Positions 1-9,384 of a stretch of 24,681 nucleotides of DNA are shown here, piece after piece; the stretch's first letter is position 1; each line of letters begins with the position of its first letter. Under the pieces are notes generated by a model, which saw only the letters and a list, made by a program, of their open reading frames with translations, did not search any database and was not told the origin of the DNA. A program made the translations under genes and the position numbers. The DNA lies in the NCBI GenBank assembly GCA_946496415.1, contig CAMMGP010000001.1:1-24681 (forward strand), given 5' to 3'. The DNA comes from an uncultured Clostridia bacterium (GTDB taxonomy: Bacteria; Bacillota; Clostridia; Christensenellales; Aristaeellaceae).

Positions 1-119
1 TGATGGGCATCGACTCCTGCGGCATGATCATCAGCGCCATCCACCACGAGGAAGGCCAGGAGCGCCTGAACCTCCTGATGGTGGACGACCACATCCCCGC
101 CGGCGCGAAACTTTACTAA
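1..119 (+). CDS. 3' end (partial) of a protein with a C-terminal tRNA-binding (Trbp111/EMAP II-like OB-fold) domain; likely an aminoacyl-tRNA synthetase (LysRS or MetRS type fusion)
   Basis: Frame from position 3 reads MGIDSCGMIISAIHHEEGQERLNLLMVDDHIPAGAKLY, stop TAA 117-119. The GxxSxGM...PAGAK pattern is typical of tRNA-binding domains. Not in the ORF track because it is truncated by the window edge. Confidence 0.7.
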   Translation, partial: MGIDSCGMIISAIHHEEGQERLNLLMVDDHIPAGAKLY

Positions 120-223
120 AACGAGACGCGCGCATTTTCTGCGCTTGAGAATTTCGGAATTTCTACCGGCCGGCGCCGGAAAATGCGCGGAGCCAGGAAA
201 ATTGCCTATCGTACACAGGAAGC

Positions 224-260
224 GGGCAGCCCCAAAGGAAAAGGGGCTGCCCATTTTTCA
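224..260 (+). terminator. Rho-independent terminator after the tRNA-binding-domain gene
   Basis: Perfect 10-bp stem GGGCAGCCCC (224-233) / GGGGCTGCCC (243-252), 9-nt loop, followed by ATTTTTCA. Confidence 0.75.
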
Positions 261-679
261 TTGCCGCATTCAAGGTTCGCGTAAGAACAGATATCCGTGC
301 GTTTTTTCGGAAATCCGGCCGGGCAAGATGCGCCCGTTTCCGGGCGGAGGCCAGGCAATGCATCATGTGGGAACGGAGGGCGCGCTCGCGGTTGTTCTTC
401 ATTGAAAGAACACCACGTTCGTCAATCTGCGCAGATGCGCATTTAAACGCGGCAAAAGCATGCGCCATGAGGCATACTCTGGAATCTGGAAAAACACCTC
501 TGGCGCCTCCTGCAGCCCCTGACGTCCGCTCCATCTTCTGCTTCCAGAAAATCATGGGCAGTTTCCCGCCCTGTGTGGGCGCCGTTCTGACAGATCGCAA
601 ACAGTTTTTTGCATAATTCTTGACCGCACGGATCCTCCGGTTTTCAAATCAATTTAATCAATCAGCGAATTATACTTAA

Positions 680-708
680 TTGACGGGAGCAAAATAAATA
701 TGTAGGAT
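680..708 (+). promoter_or_regulatory. Sigma-A-type promoter for the sensor/kinase/regulator operon
   Basis: TTGACG (680-685), 17-nt spacer, TAGGAT (703-708), in an AT-rich patch about 40 nt upstream of the RBS GGAGGGG and ATG 747. Confidence 0.6.
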
Positions 709-746
709 AAAAATTGGGATGGTATACCGATCAGCGGAGGGGTCCT

Positions 747-1685
747 ATGAAGAAAAAATGCATGACGGTCTTAACGGTGCTGTTGCTGCTGAATACGGCC
801 ATGGCGCAGACGCGCGTTGCGATTTCCATGAACGATCTTTCCACAGCGCGCACGGTGGCCGTGGCGTCCGATGTGATGGCCGAATTGCAGGCCGAAGGCT
901 TTGAGGTGGAGATCCGAGACGCGGGTATGAGTCTTTCGCAACAGACGGAGGATATTCGGGAACTTGCCGCCGCGGGGCCGGAATATCTGATTATCGCGCC
1001 GGCAAGGTCGATTGGGCTGCGCGATGTCATTCAAGACGTCGCTGCGCAGGGGATCAAGGTTATTATGATCGACCGCCAGACCACCGACGCGCGCGCCACG
1101 GATGTGCTTGCCAACCTCTGCATGGACGCGGAGTGGGCAGGACGGCAATGCGCGCAAATTTTGGCGGAGTATTTTGACGGCCGCGACGCGAAGGTGCTCG
1201 AGTTTCAAGGAGAGGCCGCTTCCTGGAGCACTTATTATTTTACAAAGGGCTTTCGGGACGCCCTGTGCGCCTATGAGAACATGCAGATCTGCGCGGTGTT
1301 GTATGGCGAAGACGACCGCCAGGTATCGCAACAGGAGTTGCTCAAATATATCGAGGAATCCGAAGTGGCGGGAGAGGGAAGGGGTTTCGACGCGATATTC
1401 GGCCACGGGGACGAGGAAGCGCTGGGCGTGATCAACGCCTATCTGTCCATACGCGGTATGGAAGGCGAACGGGCGCCGATCGTGTGCATCGGCGGAGAAG
1501 ACGACACCATAAGCGCGCTGGCGGCGGGGCAGATGTTGGCGTGCGTTTGTATGCCGACGGAATATGGCAGCCTTGTCGTGGAAACGATCCGGCGGGACAT
1601 GGCCGGCGAGGCGGTGGAGCGCGAAGTGCTGTTGCGCGGCGAAGTGATCACGGCGCGGGAAGCCGCGGATATGCGGGGATATTGA
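747..1685 (+). CDS. Periplasmic-binding-protein type I (RbsB/YtfQ-like) sugar-binding protein, probably the sensory partner of the adjacent kinase
   Basis: Signal peptide MKKKCMTVLTVLLLLNTAMA; PBP1 motifs (LIIAP, VIMIDR, AIFGHGDEEALG, IVCIGG). Start moved from 714 to ATG 747 on RBS GGAGGGG (736-742). Stop is 1 nt from the kinase start. Confidence 0.8.
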   Translation: MKKKCMTVLTVLLLLNTAMAQTRVAISMNDLSTARTVAVASDVMAELQAEGFEVEIRDAGMSLSQQTEDIRELAAAGPEYLIIAPARSIGLRDVIQDVAAQGIKVIMIDRQTTDARATDVLANLCMDAEWAGRQCAQILAEYFDGRDAKVLEFQGEAASWSTYYFTKGFRDALCAYENMQICAVLYGEDDRQVSQQELLKYIEESEVAGEGRGFDAIFGHGDEEALGVINAYLSIRGMEGERAPIVCIGGEDDTISALAAGQMLACVCMPTEYGSLVVETIRRDMAGEAVEREVLLRGEVITAREAADMRGY

Positions 1686-1686
1686 C

Positions 1687-3525
1687 ATGAATGGGCGGCG
1701 TGTATCGATCCAGGAACGGCTCAAGCGCTACTTTTCGCTGATGTCCGTGATCCCGGCGCTGATCCTCTCCATCGCCATGACGGCCTATGTGACGTTCAAC
1801 GTCTATAATCGCAGCCGCGAGATGCTTTCTGGCAATGTCGAGCGGGCGCAGGCGGAGTTGAATCAGCTGTTGGAGGAAGCCTATCAGGTCGGCAGATCGG
1901 TAGAGGAAGATGGCGAGATCAGAAACGCGCTGGAGGAAACTTATGCCTCCGAACAGGAAAGGCGCATGGCGGAACTCACCGTCAACAACGAACTGAGCTA
2001 CATTTCGCGCTATTTCGACGCGCGCATTGAAGTGTACATCATCGCGGAAAACGGTATGCTGGTCAAAAACGGTCGCTTTTCGTTTCTTGACGAAGATTTC
2101 CGGCAAAACGACTGGTATCAGGCGGTGATGCAGGACAACGAGGCCACGTGGTTCCCGCTCAGCGTCTATTCCCGCGTGGTGCGCAGCGTGGAGGGCAGCT
2201 ACGCGACGTTGGGCATTCCCTTGCGCACCAAGGGAGACGCGCGCAAATTGGGCGTGTTGCTGGTGGAGGTGCAGGTGGCGGACGTGCTGCGCGATATGGA
2301 GCGCAGCGGCAGTCATTTTTATATCATCGCGCCGGATCTGGAAATGCGCATCGTAGACGAGCGCGTGGAGCAATACGAAAACGACGTGATCACACTGCTG
2401 GACGACCGCGATATACAGACGCTCTATCGGGAAGACGACAAACCGAATTACGTGGAGAACACGGTTGGAAGTATCACCTACTGGCGGGAGGATTTTGAGC
2501 CGGTCGCGCTGCGCAATGCCGGTGGTTACGTGTTGTCTTATGCCGTGGTGGATACGAATCAGTGGATACTGGTAAACTGCGTGTCGTATATGGAGTTATA
2601 CGGAGTGCCGATCCTTGTGTGCGGCCTGTCCCTGTTGGGGATCGCGCTGCTGACGGTGATCATGCTGTGGGCGTCGGATCGCACGGCGCACGCGGTCACC
2701 AATCCCATCAAGCGGCTCAACGAATCGGTACACATGGTCGGCGACGGCAATTTTGATCTTGACATCCGCAAGACGCACGATGACGAGATCGGCGATCTGT
2801 CGGATCAATTCGCCCGCATGGTACGCAAGATCCGGGAACTCATGGCGCGCGTCATCGAGGAGCAGCGCATCCAGCGCAAATATGAGTTGCTGCTTTTGCA
2901 GGCGCAGATCAACCCTCATTTTCTGTACAATTCTCTCGACTCCATCGTTTGGCTGGTGCGCATGCGCAAAAACGACGATGCGGAGATCATGCTCTCCGCG
3001 CTTACGCAGTTTTTCAAGACCGGTTTAAACAGGGGCAACGACACCCTGTCCCTGGCGCAGGAGATCAGAAATGTGCAGAGTTACATGACGATACAGACCT
3101 ATCGCTATCGCTCGAAATTGTCCTTTGAAACGGATCTGGATGAGCGCGCGATGGATCTGGAGGTGCCCAAGCTGATCTTGCAGCCGTTGGTGGAAAACGC
3201 CATTTATCATGGCGTCAAGGAAAAGGACGGCCCGGGAAAGGTCGCGTTGCGCTGCCGCGAGGAAGCGGGGCAGGTGGTCATCGAGATCAGCGACGACGGT
3301 CCGGGCATGGACGCCTGTCAGTTGGAGCGGCTGAACGCGCAGCTTCGCGATGACGACGTGCGCAGCAGAAGCAGTTATGGCATTTTGAACGTGCAGGAAC
3401 GCCTGCGCCTGTTCTTTCATGAGAACTGCGTCATGACGATCAAAAGCACGCAAAATGTCGGGACTTGCGTGACCATACGGATTCGCGTGGAGGGAGAGCG
3501 CAATGCTGAACCTGATAATCGTTGA
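1687..3525 (+). CDS. YesM/LytS-type sensor histidine kinase (two TM helices, extracellular domain, HAMP, His_kinase, HATPase)
   Basis: H-box LQAQINPHFLYNSLDSI, QPLVENAIYHG, ISDDGPGM, SYGILNV; HAMP HDDEIGDLSDQFARM. Confidence 0.92.
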   Translation: MNGRRVSIQERLKRYFSLMSVIPALILSIAMTAYVTFNVYNRSREMLSGNVERAQAELNQLLEEAYQVGRSVEEDGEIRNALEETYASEQERRMAELTVNNELSYISRYFDARIEVYIIAENGMLVKNGRFSFLDEDFRQNDWYQAVMQDNEATWFPLSVYSRVVRSVEGSYATLGIPLRTKGDARKLGVLLVEVQVADVLRDMERSGSHFYIIAPDLEMRIVDERVEQYENDVITLLDDRDIQTLYREDDKPNYVENTVGSITYWREDFEPVALRNAGGYVLSYAVVDTNQWILVNCVSYMELYGVPILVCGLSLLGIALLTVIMLWASDRTAHAVTNPIKRLNESVHMVGDGNFDLDIRKTHDDEIGDLSDQFARMVRKIRELMARVIEEQRIQRKYELLLLQAQINPHFLYNSLDSIVWLVRMRKNDDAEIMLSALTQFFKTGLNRGNDTLSLAQEIRNVQSYMTIQTYRYRSKLSFETDLDERAMDLEVPKLILQPLVENAIYHGVKEKDGPGKVALRCREEAGQVVIEISDDGPGMDACQLERLNAQLRDDDVRSRSSYGILNVQERLRLFFHENCVMTIKSTQNVGTCVTIRIRVEGERNAEPDNR

Positions 3526-4621
3526 CGACGACGAGACGTTGTTGGAGGGCCTGAGCACGGCGGTGGATTGGGAAGCGCTGGGCTATCGCGTAAGCGGCAC
3601 GGCCAGAAACGGCAAGGAGGCGTTGCAGGTTCTTGAGACGCGTTCCTGCGATGTGCTTCTGACGGATATACGCATGGGGCAAATGGACGGATTGCGCCTG
3701 ACGGAGGAGATCTCCAAGCGCTTTGCGGACGTGCGCGTGGTGATCATGAGCGCTTACGACGACTTCCGCTACGCGCAACAGGCCATCCGCCTGGGAGTGG
3801 ACGATTATCTGCTCAAGCCCATCGACATAAAGCAACTGCACGCTGTTATGAACAAGCTGTCGCAGACGATCCAGGCGCGGCGCCTCCAGGAGCAGCGTTA
3901 TCACGCCCTAAAGCAGCGCGTTGAGGAGTTGGGCGATCAGGCGACGGAGAAATACGCGCGCACCAGCGGCGCGTTGAACGTTGGGCTGTGCGAATACCTG
4001 TGCAAGGCGGTTCTGCTGGGCAACGCGGAATCCGTGCAGAAGAACATGCTTCGCCTGCGCGAGCACGTGCAAAGCGCGGGCGACGGTTCGTTTCTGTTCA
4101 CCGTTTCGGCCATCAACCTCTTGGCGGTGCGCTTGGAGGCCAGCGGAGAGTTGACGGAGAAACAGGCAAAGAGGCTTCAAGCGTCGCGACGCGCGGCGCT
4201 GCTGTGCGGCCGCTCCGAAGAGGCGCTGGATGGCGTTTGTGCGCTGCTGGAGGCGATCACCGAGGAAAAGGCCGCCGAGGCGGGCGACATATCGAGCATC
4301 ATACTGCGCGCCCGCGCCTATGTGGACGCGCACTTTGGCGAGTCCGCGCTCCGCATCCGGGAGGTGGCAGCGCACGTGGGCCTGAGCGCCAGCTATTTCA
4401 GTACGATGTTCGCCAAGCATGTGGGCGAGAGTTTTTCTGATTATCTGACGGGCGTGAGGATGCGCGAAGCGCAGCTGCTGCTCAGCAATACCAGCCTGCG
4501 CACCTATGAGATCGCCGCGCGCGTGGGCTACGACAATCCGGCGTACTTCAGCACGCTCTTTAAAAAATACACGGGAATGACGATCTCTCAGTACCGAAAG
4601 GCTTTTCAAAATGGCTACTAA
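3503..4621 (+). CDS. YesN-type response regulator (receiver + AraC HTH)
   Basis: Receiver IIVDDD, LLTDIRM, SAYDDF, YLLKPI; C-terminal AraC motifs SASYFSTMFAKHVG and IAARVGYDNPAYFSTLFKK. Overlaps the kinase 3' end by 23 nt. Confidence 0.92.
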   Translation: MLNLIIVDDDETLLEGLSTAVDWEALGYRVSGTARNGKEALQVLETRSCDVLLTDIRMGQMDGLRLTEEISKRFADVRVVIMSAYDDFRYAQQAIRLGVDDYLLKPIDIKQLHAVMNKLSQTIQARRLQEQRYHALKQRVEELGDQATEKYARTSGALNVGLCEYLCKAVLLGNAESVQKNMLRLREHVQSAGDGSFLFTVSAINLLAVRLEASGELTEKQAKRLQASRRAALLCGRSEEALDGVCALLEAITEEKAAEAGDISSIILRARAYVDAHFGESALRIREVAAHVGLSASYFSTMFAKHVGESFSDYLTGVRMREAQLLLSNTSLRTYEIAARVGYDNPAYFSTLFKKYTGMTISQYRKAFQNGY

Positions 4622-4658
4622 ATAAAATCATAACAATAGATGTTGAAATGAGATTGAA

Positions 4659-4687
4659 TTGTCGGGCAAAGAGGGGGAATGTATAAT
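4659..4687 (+). promoter_or_regulatory. Sigma-A-type promoter for the ribose-type ABC operon
   Basis: TTGTCG (4659-4664), 17-nt spacer, TATAAT (4682-4687). Confidence 0.7.
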
Positions 4688-4725
4688 AAATTTAGCCAAA
4701 TTAAGTAGAAAGGCGGTTCTTGTTT

Positions 4726-5700
4726 ATGAAGAAGGTACTGGTTTTGTTGTTGGCGCTTTGCCTTATCCTGGGCCTGGCGGGCGGCGCGCTGGCGGAGGAA
4801 GAGATCACCGTCGGCTACACCGTGCAGAGCATGGAGAACGCTTATTTTGTGTCCATCGTGGACGGCATGAAGGCCGCCGCCAAGGATCGCGGCATCAACC
4901 TGATCGTCTCCGACGCGGCTGCGGACGCGTCCAAGCACATCAACCACATTGAGGACTTCATCGCGCAGGGCGTGGATGCCATCATCATCAGCCCCGTGGA
5001 TCAGGAAGCCCCGGTAGATGCGGTGAAGCAGGCGCAGGAAGCCGGCATCCCGGTGATCAGCCTTGACCAGGAAGTCAGCGGCAGCGACGCCGTGTTCTGC
5101 ATCAGCGAGCATGCGTACGGCTATATGGGCGGCCAGATTGCCGGCGAGTGGCTCAATGAGAAGGAAGCCGATGGAACCATCGAAGACGTGCTTTCTGAAA
5201 GCGGCACCATCGAAGTCGTCGTCGTGCGCTATGACATGATCAAGTCCGTCATCGAGCGCGCGCAGGGCCTGAAGGACGGCCTGCTCGAAACCTATACCGG
5301 CGATCATGAGATCGACATCGTCTATGAGCAGAACGCGGCCAACGCGGATGAAGGCTTCAACCTGGCCGAGACGGCGCTGACTGCCAATCCGGACATTTCC
5401 ATCTTCGTGTGCATCAACGACTCCGGCGCTCTGGGCGTTTACGAAGCCTGCCTGCTGCACAAGGAGCACACCCCGGAGAACACCTGCATCGTCGGCCTCG
5501 ACGCGCTGGAGGAGCCGCTGCGCCTGATCTCTGAGGACACCATGTATAAGGGCACGGTCGACATCCAGCCCGCGCAGAAGGGCGCCGAAGTGCTGGACAT
5601 CGTGCTCGACGTTCTGGAGAACGGTCCTATCGAGGAAAAGATCACCTATGAGATGAACCCCGTCACCAAGGCGAATATCGCCGATTACGTGACCGACTGA
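4726..5700 (+). CDS. Monosaccharide ABC transporter substrate-binding protein (RbsB-like, CUT2)
   Basis: Signal peptide MKKVLVLLLALCLILGLAGGALA; TVGYTVQSMENAYF, DAIIISPVD, IPVISLD, IFVCINDSGALG, IVGLDA. Start moved from TTG 4720 to ATG 4726 (RBS AAAGGCGG). Confidence 0.9.
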   Translation: MKKVLVLLLALCLILGLAGGALAEEEITVGYTVQSMENAYFVSIVDGMKAAAKDRGINLIVSDAAADASKHINHIEDFIAQGVDAIIISPVDQEAPVDAVKQAQEAGIPVISLDQEVSGSDAVFCISEHAYGYMGGQIAGEWLNEKEADGTIEDVLSESGTIEVVVVRYDMIKSVIERAQGLKDGLLETYTGDHEIDIVYEQNAANADEGFNLAETALTANPDISIFVCINDSGALGVYEACLLHKEHTPENTCIVGLDALEEPLRLISEDTMYKGTVDIQPAQKGAEVLDIVLDVLENGPIEEKITYEMNPVTKANIADYVTD

Positions 5701-5744
5701 TCCAACAAATCTTAGACATCCGGCAAACGCGGTTTTGCCGGGGA

Positions 5745-5772
5745 GCAGGGCGGGGGCTGACCCCCGCTCTGC
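5745..5772 (+). other. GC-rich stem-loop without U-tract between binding-protein and ATPase genes (probable mRNA-stabilising hairpin)
   Basis: 12-bp stem GCAGGGCGGGGG / CCCCCGCTCTGC (one G.U), loop CTGA; preceded by a second hairpin CCGGCAAA (5720-5727) / TTTGCCGG (5734-5741). Confidence 0.6.
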
Positions 5773-5817
5773 GCGTTCATGAGGCCATGAACGAACGAGC
5801 ATTCTGAAAGGAAGGGC

Positions 5818-7308
5818 ATGCGTATGGATCAGCCGATTCTCGAATTGCGCTCCATTACCAAGAAATACCCGGGTGTCGTCGCCCTGGACGATGTTTCGTT
5901 GAGTTTTTATCGCGGCGAGGTGCACGCCATCGTCGGAGAGAACGGCGCCGGCAAGTCTACGTTTATCAAGGTGATCACCGGCGCCATCCAGCCCACCAAG
6001 GGAGAGATATGGTTCGAGGGCAAAAAGCTTGAAAACAACAATCCGCAAAAGGCTCTGGAAATGGGCATATCCGCGATCTATCAGGAATTGAACCTCCTCA
6101 AGGATCTGACGGTGGCGGAAAACATTTTTTACAACCGCTATATCTACAAACACGGCCTGATTGATTATCGGGCCATCGAGGAAGAATCCCACAAGGTGCT
6201 TGAGCGATTGGGCGTCAAAATCGATCCCAAAACGCTGGTCAAGAATCTGTCAGTGGGCTATCAGCAGTTGGTCGAGATCGCGAAGTCGCTTTCGCGCACT
6301 GTGAAAGTCCTGATTTTGGATGAGCCCAGCGCGCCGCTGACCAACAATGAACTGAAATACCTCTTTGACATCGTGGAGGCCATGCGCAAGGAGAACATGG
6401 CGATCATCTACATCTCCCATCGCCTGGAGGAAGTGTTCCGCCTGTGCGACAAGGTATCCGTATTCCGCGATGGACATTATATTCAGACGATGCACGTCAA
6501 GGATACGAACAAGACCGAACTGATTCGCCTGATGGTCAATCGCGAACTTAATGAATCCTTCCCGGCGCTGCATACGTCCCGCGGCGAAAAAGTTCTGGAG
6601 GTAAAGAACCTTTCTACGAGTCTCCTAAAGGATATAAGTTTTTCCGCGTATCGGGGCGAACGTCTCGGCTTTGCGGGCCTGGTAGGCGCAGGACGCACGG
6701 AGACGGCGCGTGCGGTGTTCGGCGCGGACAAAATCAAATCCGGCGAGATCCTGATTGACGGCAAGCGCATGAAGATCGATTCTCCGTCAGACGCGATTAA
6801 ATGCGGCATAGTCTATCTCTCAGAGGATCGCAAACAGTTGGGGCTGTTTTTGAACATGTCCATCGCGGACAATATACTCTTTTCCTATCTGCCCAAGCTG
6901 CGCAACAAGTTCGGCATCATCAGCAAGGGAAAGGCCTCAAGCGTTTGCGATGCGCAGATTCAGAATCTGGCGATCAAAACGCCGTCGGCGCAGCAGCTGG
7001 TGCGCAATCTGTCCGGCGGCAACCAGCAGAAGGTCGTCCTGGCCAAATGGATGCTGATGAATTGCGACGTCATCTTTTTTGACGAGCCGACCCGAGGCAT
7101 CGACGTGGGCGCAAAGCAGGAGATATACAAGCTGATGAACCAACTCGCGGAAGAGGGCAAGGCTGTTGTCATGATCTCTTCGGAGATGCAGGAATTGCTG
7201 GGCATGTCCGATCGAATCATCGTCATGCACGAGGGAAAGATCGTCGGCGAGTTGAGCCATGAACAGGCCACGCAGGAAGAAGTTCTTAGACTTGCATCGG
7301 GGGTGTAG
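5818..7308 (+). CDS. Monosaccharide ABC transporter ATP-binding protein (RbsA/MglA-like, tandem ATPase)
   Basis: Walker A GENGAGKST, ILDEPS, second domain GLVGAGRTE, LSGGNQQKVVLAKW, FFDEPTRGIDVGAK. Confidence 0.95.
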   Translation: MRMDQPILELRSITKKYPGVVALDDVSLSFYRGEVHAIVGENGAGKSTFIKVITGAIQPTKGEIWFEGKKLENNNPQKALEMGISAIYQELNLLKDLTVAENIFYNRYIYKHGLIDYRAIEEESHKVLERLGVKIDPKTLVKNLSVGYQQLVEIAKSLSRTVKVLILDEPSAPLTNNELKYLFDIVEAMRKENMAIIYISHRLEEVFRLCDKVSVFRDGHYIQTMHVKDTNKTELIRLMVNRELNESFPALHTSRGEKVLEVKNLSTSLLKDISFSAYRGERLGFAGLVGAGRTETARAVFGADKIKSGEILIDGKRMKIDSPSDAIKCGIVYLSEDRKQLGLFLNMSIADNILFSYLPKLRNKFGIISKGKASSVCDAQIQNLAIKTPSAQQLVRNLSGGNQQKVVLAKWMLMNCDVIFFDEPTRGIDVGAKQEIYKLMNQLAEEGKAVVMISSEMQELLGMSDRIIVMHEGKIVGELSHEQATQEEVLRLASGV

Positions 7309-7313
7309 CAACT

Positions 7314-8273
7314 ATGCAGAAGAAAATGACCGGGAAACGGAACATTCAATGGAATGACATGGGCATTATCCTTACGCTGGTCGCGATGATCGTGATCTTC
7401 TCGGTGTTCACGAAATCCTTTTTCAGCCTGCGCAACTTTACGAACGTAGCGCGCCAGATCTCCGTAACGGGGATTTGCGCCGTGGGCATGACCATGGTCA
7501 TTCTCACCGGCGGCATCGACCTGTCCATCGGTTCGCTCATCGGCCTGACGTCCGCATTGGCCGCGGTGATGATGAGCAACGGCTGCCCCATCATCCTGGC
7601 GGTGCTGGCGGCGCTGGCGGTGGGCGTGATTGTCGGTTTCTTTAACGCCACATGTATCAACTATCTCTACATTCCGCCGATGATCACGACGCTCGCCATG
7701 ATGATCTCCCTGCGCGGCGCTGTGTATCTGATTACGGGCGGTATGCCCATCTACGGCATCCCGGAGCAGTTTAAGGTGTTGGGCCAGGGCTCCATCGGCG
7801 CGCTGCCCATTTCCACCATCATCATGGTGATCGTGTTCATCTTCGGCTATATTGTATTGGGGCGCACGCCCTTTGGCCGCCATATCTACGGCATCGGCGG
7901 CAGCGCGGAAACGGCGCGCCTTTCCGGCGTGAACGTAAAGCGCGTGCTGTACAAGATGTATATGCTGGTAGGGCTGCTGGGCGCGCTGGCCGGCCTGATC
8001 CTTACCTCCCGCGTCAATAGCGGTCAGCCCAGTTCCGGCGATGGCTATGAAATGGATATCATTACCGCTGTGGTGCTGGGCGGCGTTTCCGTGTCCGGCG
8101 GCGAGGGCAAGCTTGGCAAGGTCATCATCGGCGTCATCTTCATGGGCGTGCTGGCCAATGGCATGATGATGATGAACATAAACGAGTACTGGCAGCGTGT
8201 CGTTAAAGGCCTGGTATTGCTGGCCGCGGTTGCGGTGGATATCCGGGCGAAGAACAAGGCGAAGGCTGTGTAA
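7314..8273 (+). CDS. Monosaccharide ABC transporter permease (RbsC-like)
   Basis: Hydrophobic; GMTMVILTGGIDLSIGS, FGRHIYGIGGSAETARLSGV, ITAVVLGGVSVSGGEG. Confidence 0.95.
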   Translation: MQKKMTGKRNIQWNDMGIILTLVAMIVIFSVFTKSFFSLRNFTNVARQISVTGICAVGMTMVILTGGIDLSIGSLIGLTSALAAVMMSNGCPIILAVLAALAVGVIVGFFNATCINYLYIPPMITTLAMMISLRGAVYLITGGMPIYGIPEQFKVLGQGSIGALPISTIIMVIVFIFGYIVLGRTPFGRHIYGIGGSAETARLSGVNVKRVLYKMYMLVGLLGALAGLILTSRVNSGQPSSGDGYEMDIITAVVLGGVSVSGGEGKLGKVIIGVIFMGVLANGMMMMNINEYWQRVVKGLVLLAAVAVDIRAKNKAKAV

Positions 8274-8285
8274 CGGGAGGAAATG

Positions 8286-9371
8286 ATGGCAGTATTCTTT
8301 GATCCGCAGTTGGAAAAAAAACCGGATTTCGTCCGATGCATGGAGCGCATATACGCATGGTATGACCATGAAGTACTCGATCGCGTGCCGGTACGCTTTT
8401 CCGCGCACAACGCGGAATTTGATACGGCGGAGGCGATGGATCGCTGGCCCACCTTGAAGGATCGCTGGTATGACACGGAGCATCAGATCCAGAAAGTTCT
8501 GGAGACGGTCGAAAAGGGGAGTTTTTTGGGCGAAACCTTTCCGATGTACTTTCCAAACCTGGGGCCGAACGTCTTTGCGGGCATGATGGGCGCCCAGCTT
8601 GAGTTCGGCGATGTGACCAGTTGGGCCAGACCATGCCTCTCCGGGCCGGAGGATTTGAGCAAACTGGCGTTTAATGCGTCGAGCGAGTATCTTGTCAAAC
8701 TCAACGAACTTACCGATCGCGCGTTGGAGGTATGCGAGGGAAAGTTTCTGGTGGGCTACACGGACATGCATCCGGGGCTCGACTGCGCGGACGCCCTGCT
8801 GGGCACGCAGGAACTCTTTTATCAGATCATGGACGAACCAGATTTTGTAAAAGAGGTAATCCAGCGCTGCGCGGAGCCCTTCCTGGCGGTCATGGATCAA
8901 TTCCACGCCAAGCTTTTTGCCCATGGCCAACTCTCCGTTACGTGGATGCAGATCCCCTCCTACGAGGGCATGCACATCCCAAGTTGCGATCTGGGCGCCA
9001 TGGTTTCGGAAGATACGTTCAATGAATTTGCCCTGCCGTATATTCAACAAGAAGTGAAGCACTTCCGCCACAACATCTTCCACGTCGACGGCAAAGGCGT
9101 GGCGCGCCACCTGGACGCGCTTCTGGCCATCCCCGAGATCCAGGCGTATCAGTGGGTACAGGGCGTCGGCCTGGATCGCCCGATCATGCAGTGGGTGCCG
9201 CTCATCAAGCGCATTCAAGCGGCGGGGAAGAGCGTTGTAGTGGATCTGCATTTGGACGAACTCGAACCCTTTATGGATGCGGTGCGACCGGAAGGCATCC
9301 TTCTATGCATCGACGAATCCGACCCCGAAGTACAGCAGGCGGTTCTCGACAAGCTGCTGAAATGGAAGTAA
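8286..9371 (+). CDS. Uroporphyrinogen decarboxylase (URO-D)/methyltransferase-like TIM-barrel protein, function unknown
   Basis: FPNLGPNVFAG, GYTDMHPGLD, SCDLGAMVSEDTFNEFALPY, IFHVDG, YQWVQG, KRIQAAGKS resemble URO-D-like superfamily proteins. RBS GGGAGG (8275-8280) favours the second ATG (8286) over 8283. Confidence 0.65.
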   Translation: MAVFFDPQLEKKPDFVRCMERIYAWYDHEVLDRVPVRFSAHNAEFDTAEAMDRWPTLKDRWYDTEHQIQKVLETVEKGSFLGETFPMYFPNLGPNVFAGMMGAQLEFGDVTSWARPCLSGPEDLSKLAFNASSEYLVKLNELTDRALEVCEGKFLVGYTDMHPGLDCADALLGTQELFYQIMDEPDFVKEVIQRCAEPFLAVMDQFHAKLFAHGQLSVTWMQIPSYEGMHIPSCDLGAMVSEDTFNEFALPYIQQEVKHFRHNIFHVDGKGVARHLDALLAIPEIQAYQWVQGVGLDRPIMQWVPLIKRIQAAGKSVVVDLHLDELEPFMDAVRPEGILLCIDESDPEVQQAVLDKLLKWK

Positions 9372-9384
9372 GGAAGATGCACGC

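Noticed and set aside
145-616. Three short overlapping ORFs (86, 145, 83 aa)
   Set aside because: No RBS or homology cues; two of them cross the terminator hairpin.
4643-4658. TTGAA repeated at 11-nt spacing next to the -35 as a YesN binding site
   Set aside because: Only five bases in AT-rich DNA; too weak to call.
4618-6192. 524-aa - strand ORF
   Set aside because: Antisense to the binding-protein and ATPase genes and runs across their promoter; no domain.
4726-8273. Gene symbols rbsB/rbsA/rbsC
   Set aside because: Family is clear but substrate is not; no ribokinase or RbsD in the operon.
6960-9251. 763-aa - strand ORF
   Set aside because: Antisense shadow of three well-supported + strand genes; no motifs; expected from GC-rich codon bias.
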